DNA from: Octopus vulgaris
Taxonomy: Eukaryota
Direction of reading: 5' to 3'
Length of the DNA stretch: 64,000 nucleotides
Assembly (NCBI GenBank): GCA_951406725.2
Contig: OX597815.1
Coordinates: forward strand, 96,968,001 to 97,032,000
The notes under the pieces are model-generated. The model saw only the letters and a list, made by a program, of their open reading frames with translations. It did no database searches and was not told the origin of the DNA. The position numbers and the translations under genes are program-made. Shown one piece after another: positions 25,857-38,582 of the stretch. How positions within the stretch are numbered: position 1 is the stretch's first letter; each line of letters begins with the position of its first letter.

Positions 25857-28800
25857 ACATGTATATGCATGAATTTATGATATATATATATATAATTAAC
25901 CGGCTGCTAGTATATTGATTGATTGATTGACATTTGATGTTCATTAAATGTATATTTACATACCAATAGTCTCAGCAACATACATAATTATTCGTGAGTC
26001 TCTACGTCCCTTACCATTAACCAACTATTCTTAATATACCTCATACAAATAAACATGAACCCGATGGACTTACACAACCATCTTGTCAAATTAATCCATA
26101 TACACTTGTATATAGGCGTATCGCTATATTTCTGAGCAAGCTCAATTTTTTTTTATCTAGTTGCTCTGAGTTTCAAATAGCATGGTTGACTAAACGACTT
26201 TCAGCACAGCCTGTTACTGTATCCAGGATGACACTCTTTCCCATTGTGAGATAAGATCATACACGATAGAGTAACTAATAGCGTAGCAGAAGTGGATTTG
26301 AAGCATATAGTAGTCCAGGCTGTGTTCAAAGTCCATTGACTGAGCTAATTATTCCCAGGAATCATTAATTATGCATCCAATTAAACTATTATAAAACTGA
26401 TGCCATATATAACCATCATGTGGTTTTATTTGTGCATCATAATGTCTCACAAACTGCAATAATATTTTTAATAAACGATTTCTCATAAAAAAATCATTCA
26501 ATCAAATTTTCAATCTTTGTAAGGGGAGGAATTGGAAGCATCTGTGTATTGTTCAAATATAATGGTGGAATTTAGAATCCATTTGACACGTACCCAGTTT
26601 TATTGATTGTATGGAAGACCGTTACCCCTTCCATAACGTTCATTAAAATTCAATGCAAAACATAAAGTCAATGTTTCAGGAATGCATCTTTAATGCTGTC
26701 ATCGTTTTTAGGAGAAAATACACGCACGAATAAGCTTATATCATATTGGTGTACATCATGTAGGATATGTTATTAATATAGTATAGACTTTACTCGAGAG
26801 TTCCAAAATTATGTCTAAACTCTCTTTTTCTACAGTGTATATATACCTGTAATATGTGTATATGTATGTGTGTGTGTTTGTGTGTATGCTTACTCTGTAA
26901 GCTTGTGATTTAGTGATTAATGTTGCCGTGACTGTGATCAAATGATCGTGGGTTCCTGAGCAGCATGGCTGATCTGTCCTGGTTGAATGTGTGTACAAGT
27001 CTATTGTTATTCTGCCTTATTGTCTACCAGTTTTCTGGCTTTTTTTTGTTTTGCTGTAATAAATAGAGTCTGGGAGTTTGCCTATATCTGATCGCAATTA
27101 TACAACCCCCTAAAACAATACTCAAAAACATGATAAATGCCAAGTTGTGACAGTCATTTGAAAATGACAGCTATGCATCTAAGTATAGCCTGATGCACGT
27201 TCGCCATCAGCTTTAATTTCTTTGGACATTTAATATAGTTTATATTTCAAAATATAAATCATTTTATAAAATATCATCATGCTACTTCCTGTCTTTTACC
27301 TAGATTAATAGAAACTCATTCATAAAACATGTTAATGACATATATCCAAAACGAAATTTAGAATAACTGTTTATTGTTGTATACCCCAGTAGGTTTAGCC
27401 ATAGATTCTTTGATGTATATAAGAATAAGTTTGTAATAAAATGTGGCATTGCTAATCGACATTCATGGGTGCACGGCATGACACTAATACAAAACTGTAC
27501 AGCAAAACCACAGCAAACAGTATATTTCAATAGCTTTATAAACTTTCAGATACACCCGACGCAATGAAAGTCCATAATTCGGTATAAAATTTAGGAAGAT
27601 ATATGTATCTGCTTTACAAAGTCTGTTTTTGAACATACGTGTGTATATTCCTGATATTCGTTTAATTTCCTAGAAATAACTTTTCGTAAAATACTACATA
27701 AAAGCAACAGGGTTATTATCGCTAAAATACCAGACGTTTTCGTTAACATAGTCAATACATCTAATGACAGGACCTACACACATAAAATTATGGCCGCTTA
27801 TTTCCAGGAAAAGTTTTCCGAATAAAATATATTTATACGATAATGATTAAGTTATTTTATTCTCAGTCTCTGTTTATAGCGTATTGTGTTTTCTGCAAAT
27901 AAATGTGTTTGTAGAGGTGTATGGAGATTTATACCTATATATATATATACTTTGCTTTATATACAGACACACACATACACATGCACAAACACAAGCATAC
28001 ACACACACAAACACACACATATACAAACACATATATCTCAATTGAGTATTTAGATTTCAAGATTGTTTATGTGAAATTGTGCGTTGCAACAAATATTGTT
28101 TTGCTTTGGGAAAGTCATTATGAGAGTAAAAAAAAAAACACGCACAGATTCAATATCACTTATTTCTTGTTCGTCAACCAGTTAAATACGCAGACAAAAA
28201 ATAATCAGTACTTTCTTTGCTGTTGTGGTTAAATAATCAATCAGTTGTTTGTTTGCCAAAGTCTTTTGATTGCTACTGGCTACTTCATGAATGATATGCC
28301 CTCTTCTTAAAGGTCTGTCTTGGTCCTGACTTAGATTTATTATTATGCCTGTGTTTATGTATACCTGTATGCCAGTTTCCTTAGAAGAGATTCGAAGGTT
28401 GAGAGTTAAGGAAGAAGTTATGTGTGTCTGTGTGTCTGTGTGTATGCGTGTATATGCGTATGTGTGTGTGTGTGATTGTCTATGTACACTGGCGGTATGT
28501 GTTTTTGTGACTGCGTGTACTTTAGCCAGCCGTTACCTCGTCAAGCGTTCGACTCTTTGTACAGAGTCAATTCACTCACAAATCTCCTGATGCCTGTATG
28601 TCATCACATGACGTCTTACGTGTGAGTTTCTTATAAAAGCACGTATACGATGTTACTTTATTTCGTCTAGAAAAGTTGATGCATCTAAACAGCTTTGCTG
28701 ATGAGCAGTTATAGTTTGTTTACACACACGTGCACATATTTATCCTAAACCATATGTATACACACTTAAATACACCACAAATGTGTGTATATATATATAA

Positions 28801-29667
28801 ATAAAATTAGGAACATACGTAACGTAAACACACAGGGATACACACACGTATATACACGTGCGCAGACAAATACACACACACATATATATGTATATATAAA
28901 TATATACATAGAAACAGATATGTATATATGATTATAAATATTTACACATATATCATCATAAGTATTTGTGTGTGTATATACGCACTCATCGACACACACA
29001 TACATGTACACATACACATGATCAAATAAGCGCAAACTATCTCTATAATTCAAAATGGAGATAGTCTGTCCTGGCCAATTGATAGTATTTCGGCTGAATA
29101 TAGCATCATATTTTCTTTAGTAACTATGCATTAAATAGCGGACTCGTGTGTGTGTGTTTATGTGGGCGTATACACACACACACACAACTTTCTCACAACA
29201 AATACGCAACACACACGCAACACACACACACACACATATATATATATACACGTGTGTGTGTGTGTATACTTGCATTCGTGTATATATATATATGTTTGTA
29301 TGCAGGTAAATGAGCGTACGTGTGTACATACAAGTAACCAAATGAAATAAAATAAATGCCATTTAAATATACTTCGGTGGATATAGCAATCTTCAAACAT
29401 GTTCGGACATATTCAACAATACGTATGATTATAGAATTGATATGTCTTGTTAGAAAGTATAATAGCCGTGGGTGGAACACATATTATTGTTTTTCTGCTA
29501 CAAGAGAATGTTCCAATAAGGTTTGGATCTGCGTATAGATGTTGTGTGTTACCTGCTCTGTCACATACTGTTTGATTGTATTTCTTTCTTCCTTCTCCGT
29601 CTCATTGTAGATACATTTCTATCTGCCTATCTAACTTTCGATCTCTCTCTCTCTCTCTCTGTCTGTC

Positions 29668-29743
<76 letters not shown>

Positions 29744-29761
29744 CCTACCTACCTATCTATC

Positions 29762-30514
29762 TGCATATGTAGGTAAGGGACGTCACGAAACATGTACACA
29801 AAAAATTACGAGGCACGAGTACATGGAGCATGAAGTATTCTTTCGAACAACGAAATACACAAAAAGATAAAAATAAATAAAGAACGACTCTTCATCAATT
29901 GTTGGCTATTTTTCTAGTCTCTTATTTCGAGTATGTAACAACAATAAACGCTTTCGATAAAACAGTTGCTCACGCAAAACAAATTAAGTAAATTTTGAGA
30001 TTTTTCGGAGGATCAAAAGAGGTAACACAAACAGGACAGTGAAAAGAAATAGAAAGGACTGCTAAGCCTAAATGATGTTGTGGTGGCGAACGTGTAAATG
30101 AAGCTAGGACAGGAGACAAACTACAACACGTCTTCCTTGTTGCAGCTACAACGGTGAGAAGGTCACGTGGAAGCCACGTGAACAAGGTAGGAGGAGTGAG
30201 GGAGAGAGAGTGACAGAGTAATAAGATAGAATAGTGGAATAAGAAGAGTGAAAAGTATAAGAGAGAGAAAACAGAGAAAAACAAAGGAGTAAACAGATCG
30301 TAGAGAGTGCGAATCAGAATTATTACAATAAAACCTATAATAATATAAATAATATATATATACGTATATGTACATACATCTATAAGTATAAATATATATG
30401 CATATATATGCATATGTGCATAATATATGCATAATATATATGCATATGTGGGCACAGGACGTCACGAAACGTGTACATGAAACATGAACTATTCTTTCGA
30501 ACAACGAAAGACAC
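29762..30514. mobile_element. Non-coding element with terminal direct repeats (partial tandem; pLTR- or retrozyme-like)
   Basis: TGCATATGT.GG..A.GGACGTCACGAAAC.TGTAC...CATGAA.TATTCTTTCGAACAACGAAA.ACAC occurs at 29762-29860 and again at 30441-30514. Confidence 0.55.
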
Positions 30515-30639
30515 ATATATTATTATATTATTGAACGCCACGCATCCTCTTACAAGTAAGTTTTATCTTGATAATTCTGATGCGCAATCTATATGATCTT
30601 TTCACTCTTTAATTTTTCTCTCGCTTGTGTGAGAAAAAG

Positions 30640-31660
30640 GGCAAGATCAAGAATGGACCAGATTCGAACTGTGAAGTCATATATCTTGACGTCCGCAAAG
30701 TATTCAATAGCGTCAGCCAGAATATCCTCCTGTTAAAATTCTGAAATATTGGAATCCATGGAAAATTGCTACACTGGATTAAGTATTCCCCCTTGGTCAG
30801 AAAATGTATTGTGATCCGTGGCATCTAGTGAATCCCAGTAAAAGCTTCATCAAATACAGCAATCTAGAAATATATGCAGATAATACCCTGGTCAGAAAAT
30901 TATTAATGAATAAGAAAGCCGACCTGAGCTCCACTCTAATCTGCATGCCTGTAAGCCAATGAGCAGACAAAATAAAATGCGGTTAAAAGAGCGATGAATT
31001 TTAGATAAAAGATTGCGCTCAAACAGCCGTGTTCGTAGCATTCAAAGTAAATACAAACAGCTGGAATGCCCACAAGGGTAAAGCCTACATCGCTCATAAG
31101 ATAAGCTTTGGATCCTCAGTAGTTTCCGGTCTGGATAACAAGATATCATAATTCCCCATTTCTCCTCATTTGTACGGCCACACGTAGAATACTGCTGCTT
31201 CCTTTGGTGTACATATACCAAGCAAAGCATTGCGAGAAGGGATTCACCTGAGAGAGAGAGAGAGCATTTGCTAATTCAACTTGATTCAACGTGCTTATTG
31301 GGACTACCTTAAATCATTGAAGGTAGAGACAAAAGAACTTAACGGGATCAGGTGCCATATAAGCCTACTCAGAAATTTACTCCAGCACAGTTCCTTCTCC
31401 TCATTACGCCCTGTTCTATTTAACATATTACCCCTCAAAAAAAAATAATAATAACAACCATCACCACAGAAAACGTGGACAAAATTCAAGGGATACCAGA
31501 TAAGCTACCAATGTCTTGGTACATCTCTGTCAACAGCTGTCGACTTGAATTGACCATAATGTTACAAATCTTGACTTTAAAATGACTAAGCATACTGCAT
31601 CATGTGGTGCTATAAACGTAGGCATGTTTTGAGCCGGTCTTTGGCCGTAACACATCTACG
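30640..31660 (+). pseudogene. Decayed CR1/Jockey-group LINE RT region
   Basis: Translates to EVIYLDVRKVFNSVSQNILLLKF*NIGIHGKLLHWIK, IYADNT (YADD motif) and FVRPHVEYCCFLW. Confidence 0.8.
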
Positions 31661-32324
31661 TTATACACACACACACACACACAGACACACACACAGATCC
31701 ACATAAACATATATGTGTGTGTTCATTCATACATATTTTTATAAGTGTGCGTGTAGATGTCCATATGAACGTTTCTGTATTTATATATAATCAGAGTTTC
31801 GATTAAATGGTGTAGGCAATATCCTTTGATTAATTTTATCACTTTCCATACATTGTTGATGTTATTCAGAAAGAATTGTTACATAATAGAAATATTTGAG
31901 CTTCTGGAGTTCATAAAAGAATCTTTTACATTCATTGATCTCTATTGATCGTTGCTTATATCAGGATGCCCGAGTAAAATGAAATAGCGTGTTTACTGAT
32001 CGTTAAGTTTAAATGTTGACACCAACATTGATTTTTATTTATTATCATAAGTGCCCGATGTAACTTGGTAGTACGTTTCGTAATATTTCTATTTCTATAT
32101 AGATCTGTTCATTTGTGTCTATGTAACATCTGTATATATACACACACACATACACACGGACACAAGCACACACAGAAAGATAGTTTGACGAGTAGATGAA
32201 AGATATAAGTAACATCGATCAGTAGGGACACAGGTATATTAACATTATAGTATTCGTCGGAAGGTAATACTTCTTATGGGCGCATTATAACTGAAGACAC
32301 TTCACACACACACACACATGTATA

Positions 32325-32393
<69 letters not shown>

Positions 32394-32444
32394 TTATTTA
32401 TACATGTAAATAGATAGAGAGAGAGAGATTCAGATGAATATGGT

Positions 32445-32700
32445 ACTTAAGTTGAGGCCCCAGAATTTAGTACGGTATTACCATACAATTTCAAAATAAA
32501 GTGATTAAGATCAAAATAATCAACAAGGATATCCAGAGGTAATGCAGTACGATCGTTTCATGCAATTGAACAATGCAATTATTACATCGATTTAAAATGC
32601 AGAGTAATCTTCAGGTGCACAAAGGATTTTATTAAATTAGAACAGATAGACACATTAGTATAATTATACCTAAAATCTCCAAGAAGTTAAGAAGATAGAC
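32445..32700 (-). mobile_element. Penelope-type pLTR fragment with a hammerhead-like motif (32543-32619)
   Basis: Minus strand TGCAC-CTGAAGA-...-GAAACGATCGTA-CTGCA, with palindromic stem III ACGATCGT. Confidence 0.5.
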
Positions 32701-33020
32701 AAAGAACATACTGTCTACATCAGTTTAGAGTAGTTTATAAACTATACAGTGGTGAAGTTGTGATTTATTTTATCACATCTATGTCGGAAGATATATTCAC
32801 CAGTTCGTGTTTCTTGTTTTTTTTTCAGTCTGTACTGTGTAATTCAATCAACATTTGGCTGCTATTTTAGGAGTAAACTAACCGCTAACTTTTTCTCTCA
32901 TTCATCAACAAAAATATATATATACATTCACACACACATATACACACACCGCAAGCACACACACACGAACACCGAATACTGACACGCTCACACAACACAT
33001 ACACACAATTATATATATAT

Positions 33021-34705
33021 ACTAGGAAACACCCACCCCCGTCCATTGGAAAGTTAGTATACGTGAAGAGGGTTAACTTGGACGGTGTTAAGTTGTGGAG
33101 ATGTTTGGTGATTGTGTGGGGCTATTACTTTTGTTTAGAGCTTTAGATATTCCTGAAACGTTAAGATTGTTGACAGATTCTTCTAAATAAGGAAAATGGA
33201 TTGATAGAGAATCTTAACACAGTGAACCTATTCAAAATTGTCTTGAGTTCAAAAAAAAAGCAAGTAAAGCCCACAATATATACAAATTCCAATGGAATCG
33301 GACATCATAATTAACCTTAAACTTTTTGCACTCACTTTCGCATTATGATAAGCATACCTATACGGCACCTATACGTCAGACTGAACGAGCAATAAACAGC
33401 TCTTTGGCTTTTGCATTTGTCGACTGTTGCTTTACGTATATTATTTCGATTTTCACTGGTGTAGTGGTAAGAACAAAGGGATAAATAAATTGGTTCCGAA
33501 TAAAATTATAAATGAAAGTTTTAAGCACACGATGGGCAAGCAAACAGAAATTGCTACTCAATAAAGGGAAGTCTCTCTTCTCTTAAAAACTCACGCAAAG
33601 AGTGTTGCATCTCGGAAGTGAAATAACACAATGTGCAATACAATAAAATAACATAAGACATGTTGTTTGCAAACAATTTTATCTCAAACATTGAAAAATA
33701 CCGCATATTTTTTGAAGTTGGATGATAAACGTTAGGCAAGGTTTTAGATGTAACTCCACCAAAGTTTTCACGTTTTATAAGCAATCAATTAGTCTTTTTT
33801 TTACTTTCAATTGAATTTTGTTGAGAATATCTTCAGAAAATTGAGTATTCACCAGTTATATATTTGCTTTATTTTCACTTTTTTGCTCACTTAAAGTAAA
33901 TGACTTTTCCTACAAGTTTTTCATGTCAGCTGTATTATTGCACGAAAAACAGTCGTAAGAACACATTTGACCGTGAATTCACGTGGCTGATTATAGTCAA
34001 TTAAAGTTAGAGTGATATCGATTTTTTAGCCGCTTTCAAAAGTGTGAAAACGCACAAATGAATACAGTTGTTCGTGGTCTAATATTTACATCAAAATGAG
34101 ACTGCATTTACAAATAACAAGGTTTATTTACATATATCTGTCATTTAAATGTGAAAATGTAGAAATTAATTGTTTAGAACGCCGGTTAATGAACATGGTG
34201 GCGGAAGAATCAGGACAAAAAGTAATGTAAAAAGTTTTCTTGGCAGAGAGACAATCTATATGAACCTTCCAGTTAAATCGATGTGAATTAGGATAAGCAC
34301 AATGCACCTATACGCTTGACAGAACGCTGTCTTATCTCCAAACTGAATATTGCACGTGATATTTAAACGATTAACAGTTGTTTGGTTTTGCATTTAATGA
34401 CTGTAATTTTAAGTATTCTATTTCGATTTTCACTAGTGGTGGTAAGAACAACGGGATGCGTAATAGTTGTTTCGAATGAAAATAAAAATATGAGTTTTAA
34501 TCATGAGATGAACATTCCATAAGGATTACAAAAATAGCAATTCTCAATTTGAAACTGCCAAATTTGAAAATCTTTTGAAATTACGGAACGCCTCGCTTTC
34601 TCATGTATCTATCTTTGGAATTTCAGCGCCGTCGGATAAACAATGCCCGAGTTATAAGCGAAGAAAAAACAGACAAATAAAAACGGGTATATATATATAT
34701 ATATA
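33021..34705 (+). mobile_element. Possible non-autonomous Helitron/HINE-like element with an internal diverged duplication (33345-33535 vs 34290-34510)
   Basis: Begins ACTAG...ACCC after (TA)n and ends ...ACAGACAAATAAAAACGGG(TA)n. Duplicated blocks GCACCTATACG, TTTTGCATTT, TATTTCGATTTTCACT and GTGGTAAGAACAA. Confidence 0.4.
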
Positions 34706-35019
34706 TTGAAACATTTCCGCTATAGATCAACGACTTGAAACGCTGTTGCGTGTGTGTTATATATGGACCCTAGTGCTCAAGTCGTTATTATTTCGCCCCC
34801 CACCCCAATTTTGAAAGGCAAACTCGATATTCTTTCATCTTGGATAGTAAAGCAGCAAGAAATGTCACTATGCATCTTCACACGAGTGGTAAGGATTCAG
34901 CCAGCCGGCCGTTCGCACATTTAATATTGTATTACATTTTACTTTTTACTAAACCAGAGTTTTCTAAAATTTACAACTACATTATGTTTTCCATAATGAA
35001 AGATAAATATATTTGAATG

Positions 35020-35057
<38 letters not shown>

Positions 35058-35060
<3 letters not shown>

Positions 35061-35260
35061 TTAAAGCAGCAGAAAATTCAACAAAAACAACAATTACTAC
35101 TGCCACTAATAATAATACTAACACTAATATTAGTGTTAATATGATTTAATATAATATAATTTTGTTGAATTTTCTGCTGCTTTAAATAAAGCATATTACT
35201 CTACCACTGGTATTTGAGTACTCTTTTTTCCACCTTGTTTCACATTTATGTGTTTACTCC

Positions 35261-35262
<2 letters not shown>
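35058..35262. mobile_element. Miniature inverted-end insertion in (TA)n
   Basis: Perfect 29-bp inverted arms at 35058-35086 and 35160-35188, a 20-bp palindrome at 35119-35138, and a 74-nt extension on the right arm only. Confidence 0.6.
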
Positions 35263-35312
<50 letters not shown>

Positions 35313-36128
35313 GAAATGAAGAAAATGCTGACAAATAATTGAAGTAATTTAAGTAATTTAATTAGGTGAAAGTTCTATTTACCGGTTGCGCATTTGTTAT
35401 GCTTATCAAAATATAAAAGAGAGATTAGAGTCTGTCTCTTATATGTGAAAAAAAGAGGCTCCAGAGTTGTTTTGGATTTGCTTGGTTTCGCGCCTAAAAT
35501 TTTGATTGGTCATTATGAAGGGGTCACGTGAATGTTTGAATGGAAGTTGGTGTTGGGGTAAGAAAAAAGGCTCCAGAGAAGTTAAAATTTGGCTAGTGTC
35601 CCGCCTAAAATTTCTTATTGGCCATAATAAAGAGGTCACGTGAATGTTTAGAATTTTCGAAAATAGTGTTGTTGAAAATTCTTATTGTTCAGGCTGGTCA
35701 GTAGACGTCATGTGGATATTTTAAATAGCTTTTTAGCGCGTAGTTAGGGAGTGTATTTTCCGCTTGACTGGAAAAGTAAGTTCGTTTAGAACAGGGAGAG
35801 CTGTATGTATGTATGTGTGTGTGCGTGCGCGCGCGTGTGTGTGTTTATATGTATGTTGGGGCGCGCGCGTGTATATATGTGTGTGTGTGTGGGTACAATT
35901 TTCAATATTTATAGTTCTGCTGGCCTTGTGCCTGTATCGGGAAGCAACGTATTTGTGTGAAGTCAATATTTACAGCCATTTCCAAAAAATAGTGTTGGAT
36001 GTTTTGCACCCGTATTCAATTATGTGTATGTGTGGAACCATATATTTGTGTGTGTCATGGTGTTAATATCTGGGTAAAGGTGTGTGTAGGGTGTGTGCAG
36101 GTGTAAGTGTGTTTGTTGTGGGTTCGTG

Positions 36129-36670
36129 TTAGGGGCATGTGTTTAGAAGTGGTCTGTATTTATTAATAAGGTGGGATTCCATGGTTATTCGCTGGGTATG
36201 AGTGGCATTGTCTTTAAATTTGTAGAGGGGAAAGATTCTAAAATTGGGATGGAGTTGTGCGGCACAGGTATCAATATGTGCACTAAATGCTATTTTTCTA
36301 TATTCCTGTATTTTTATTTGGGATCTGTGGACAGTCATGCGTTGGCGGAGGCTATTTTTTGTTTGTAGTGTTCATTACAGCCCGAGCAAGTTAAGACATA
36401 TACTAGTTTTTCTGATGCGCATGTGAAGTTGTGTTTTACTGTGAAACGTTGTCCTTGTTTAAAAAGGAATTCCGGACCTTCTATTAGGTTGATGCATATA
36501 CCACAGTTGGGTCTATTGCATTTGTTTACTGTGGGTTTAGTTGTTGTGGTTGGCAGTACTTTGGCATTTGTTAGGATGGTTTTCAATGATTTGGGTTGCC
36601 TTTTGCTCTTTATGATTTCGTGTGTTAGGAGGATTTGGTTCATTCTATGGTCCTTTTGTAATACAGGAAT
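36129..36670 (-). pseudogene. Penelope GIY-YIG endonuclease remnant
   Basis: KCNRPNCGIC Zn motif, FTCASEKLVYVLTCSGCNEHY, then a frameshift at the YIG motif, continuing MTVHRSQIK...FRIFPLYK...ESHLINKYRPLLN. Confidence 0.9.
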
Positions 36671-37033
36671 GTATTACAAAACATCCAACACTATTTTTTG
36701 GAAATGGCTGTAAATATTGACTTCACACAAATACGTTGCTTCCCGATACAGGCACAAGGCCAGCAGAACTATAAATATTGAAAATTGTACCCACACACAC
36801 ACACATATATACACGCGCGTGCGCCCCAACATACATATAAACACACACACGCGCGCGCGCGCACACACATACATACATACAGCTCTCCCTGTTCTAAACG
36901 AACTTACTTATCCAGTCAAGCGGAAAATACACTCCCTAACTACGCGCTAAAAAGCTATTTAGAATATCCACATGACGTCTACTGACCAGCCTGAACAATA
37001 AGAATTTTCAACAACACTATTTTCGAAAATTCT

Positions 37034-37236
37034 AAACATTCACGTGACCTCTTTATTATGGCCAATAAGAAATTTTTGGCGGGACACTAGCCAAATTTTA
37101 ACTTCTCTGGAGCCTTTTTTCTTACCCCAACACCAACTTCCATTCAAACATTCACGTGACCCCTTCATAATGACCAATCAAAATTTTAGGCGCGAAACCA
37201 AGCAAATCCAAAACAACTCTGGAGCCTCTTTTTTTC
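37034..37236 (+). promoter_or_regulatory. Duplicated 112-bp E-box + CCAAT + E2F-like module in the pLTR (mirrored in the other arm)
   Basis: CACGTGAC at 37041 and 37153, CCAAT at 37062 and 37174, TTTTGGCGGGA at 37074 and GGCGCGAAA at 37189. Motif matches only. Confidence 0.5.
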
Positions 37237-37269
37237 ACATATAAGAGACAGACTCTAATCTCTCTTTTA

Positions 37270-37307
37270 TATTTTGATAAGCATAACAAATGCGCAACCG
37301 GTAAATA
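37270..37307 (+). ncRNA. Minimal type I hammerhead-like motif (variant core UUGAUAA / GCAA); mirror copy at 35376-35413 on the minus strand
   Basis: TATT-TTGATAA-GCAT aacaa ATGC-GCAA-CCGG-TA-AATA. Confidence 0.55.
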
Positions 37308-37411
37308 GAACTTTCACCTAATTAAATTACTTAAATTACTTCAATTATTTGTCAGCATTTTCTTCATTTCCTTTTTTATATATCACCACTCGTGTTCGAC
37401 ATCTCCTTTTT

Positions 37412-37498
<87 letters not shown>

Positions 37499-37755
37499 GT
37501 ACATATATGTATGTATATATATATATATGTATACATATATATATATATATGAAATATTATTTATATATGTATAATATTATATAATATATATATATGTATA
37601 TATACATATATACACACATATATATATATTTCACAATTCCTCTCAAAATCATTCTTTCCCGTAATATTACTTTTCATTCTGGTTTACTTGTAACTCCTTT
37701 AAAACCTATGCAACGCAGACTATACATTTGTACCAAAGTGAAAGTTACACATACA

Positions 37756-37852
<97 letters not shown>

Positions 37853-38034
37853 ACGTTAAGAAGAAATTCATCATCATTATCATAAATCTCAGATCAGCGG
37901 GAATACTACTTACACCGTTAGATAACAAAGTTCAATTAAGAATTATGAGAGTTTCCTCTTTAAATTTAAATGTGTTCTTTATTTCTTATTTTTTCCTCGT
38001 CGAATTTGTCATAATATTGTATTTATATCATGAA

Positions 38035-38090
38035 CCTCATCCTCATCATCATCATCATCATTATTACTATTATTATTATTATTATTATTA

Positions 38091-38142
<52 letters not shown>

Positions 38143-38191
38143 TCTTCTACTTTTTCTTCTTCTTCTTCTTCTTCTTCTTCTTCTTCTTCTT

Positions 38192-38242
<51 letters not shown>

Positions 38243-38300
38243 AGTAGTAGTAGTAGCAGCAGTAACAGTAGTAATTGTAGTAGTAGTAGTTGTTCTATTA
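38035..38300. repeat. Compound trinucleotide microsatellite (CAT)(TAT)(TCT)(TAT)(TAG)
   Basis: Directly visible. Confidence 0.95.
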
Positions 38301-38533
38301 GTACTAATATTAGTGTTAGTTGTATTATTAGTGGTAGTAGTAATTGTTGTTTTTGTTGCTGTATGAGTACCAAACATCTCGAACACTAAACAGAGTTTGT
38401 ATGTTTGCAGACATATCTCGTTATAGCTTGACAGTTTAGAATTATTTCCGTTATAATCTTTCAAAGATACAACATATCTAAAGATAATAGATATGACCAA
38501 TTTTATCTGAAAACACGATGTATATACATACAT

Positions 38534-38582
<49 letters not shown>

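Larger units (their letters stand above)
35308..37414 (-). mobile_element. 5'-truncated Penelope-like (Neptune-type) element with an inverted pseudo-LTR, inserted in (TA)n
   Basis: Near-identical ~700-bp inverted arms at 35308-36006 and 36677-37377. The spacer holds a GIY-YIG C-terminal remnant. Confidence 0.92.

Noticed and set aside
28660-28710. Hammerhead from TTTCGTC and CTGATGAG
   Set aside because: The two half-motifs lie on opposite strands and cannot form one core.
35308-37377. DNA transposon with long TIRs
   Set aside because: The arms are the 3'UTR/pLTR of a GIY-YIG retroelement, the ends are asymmetric, and there is no transposase.
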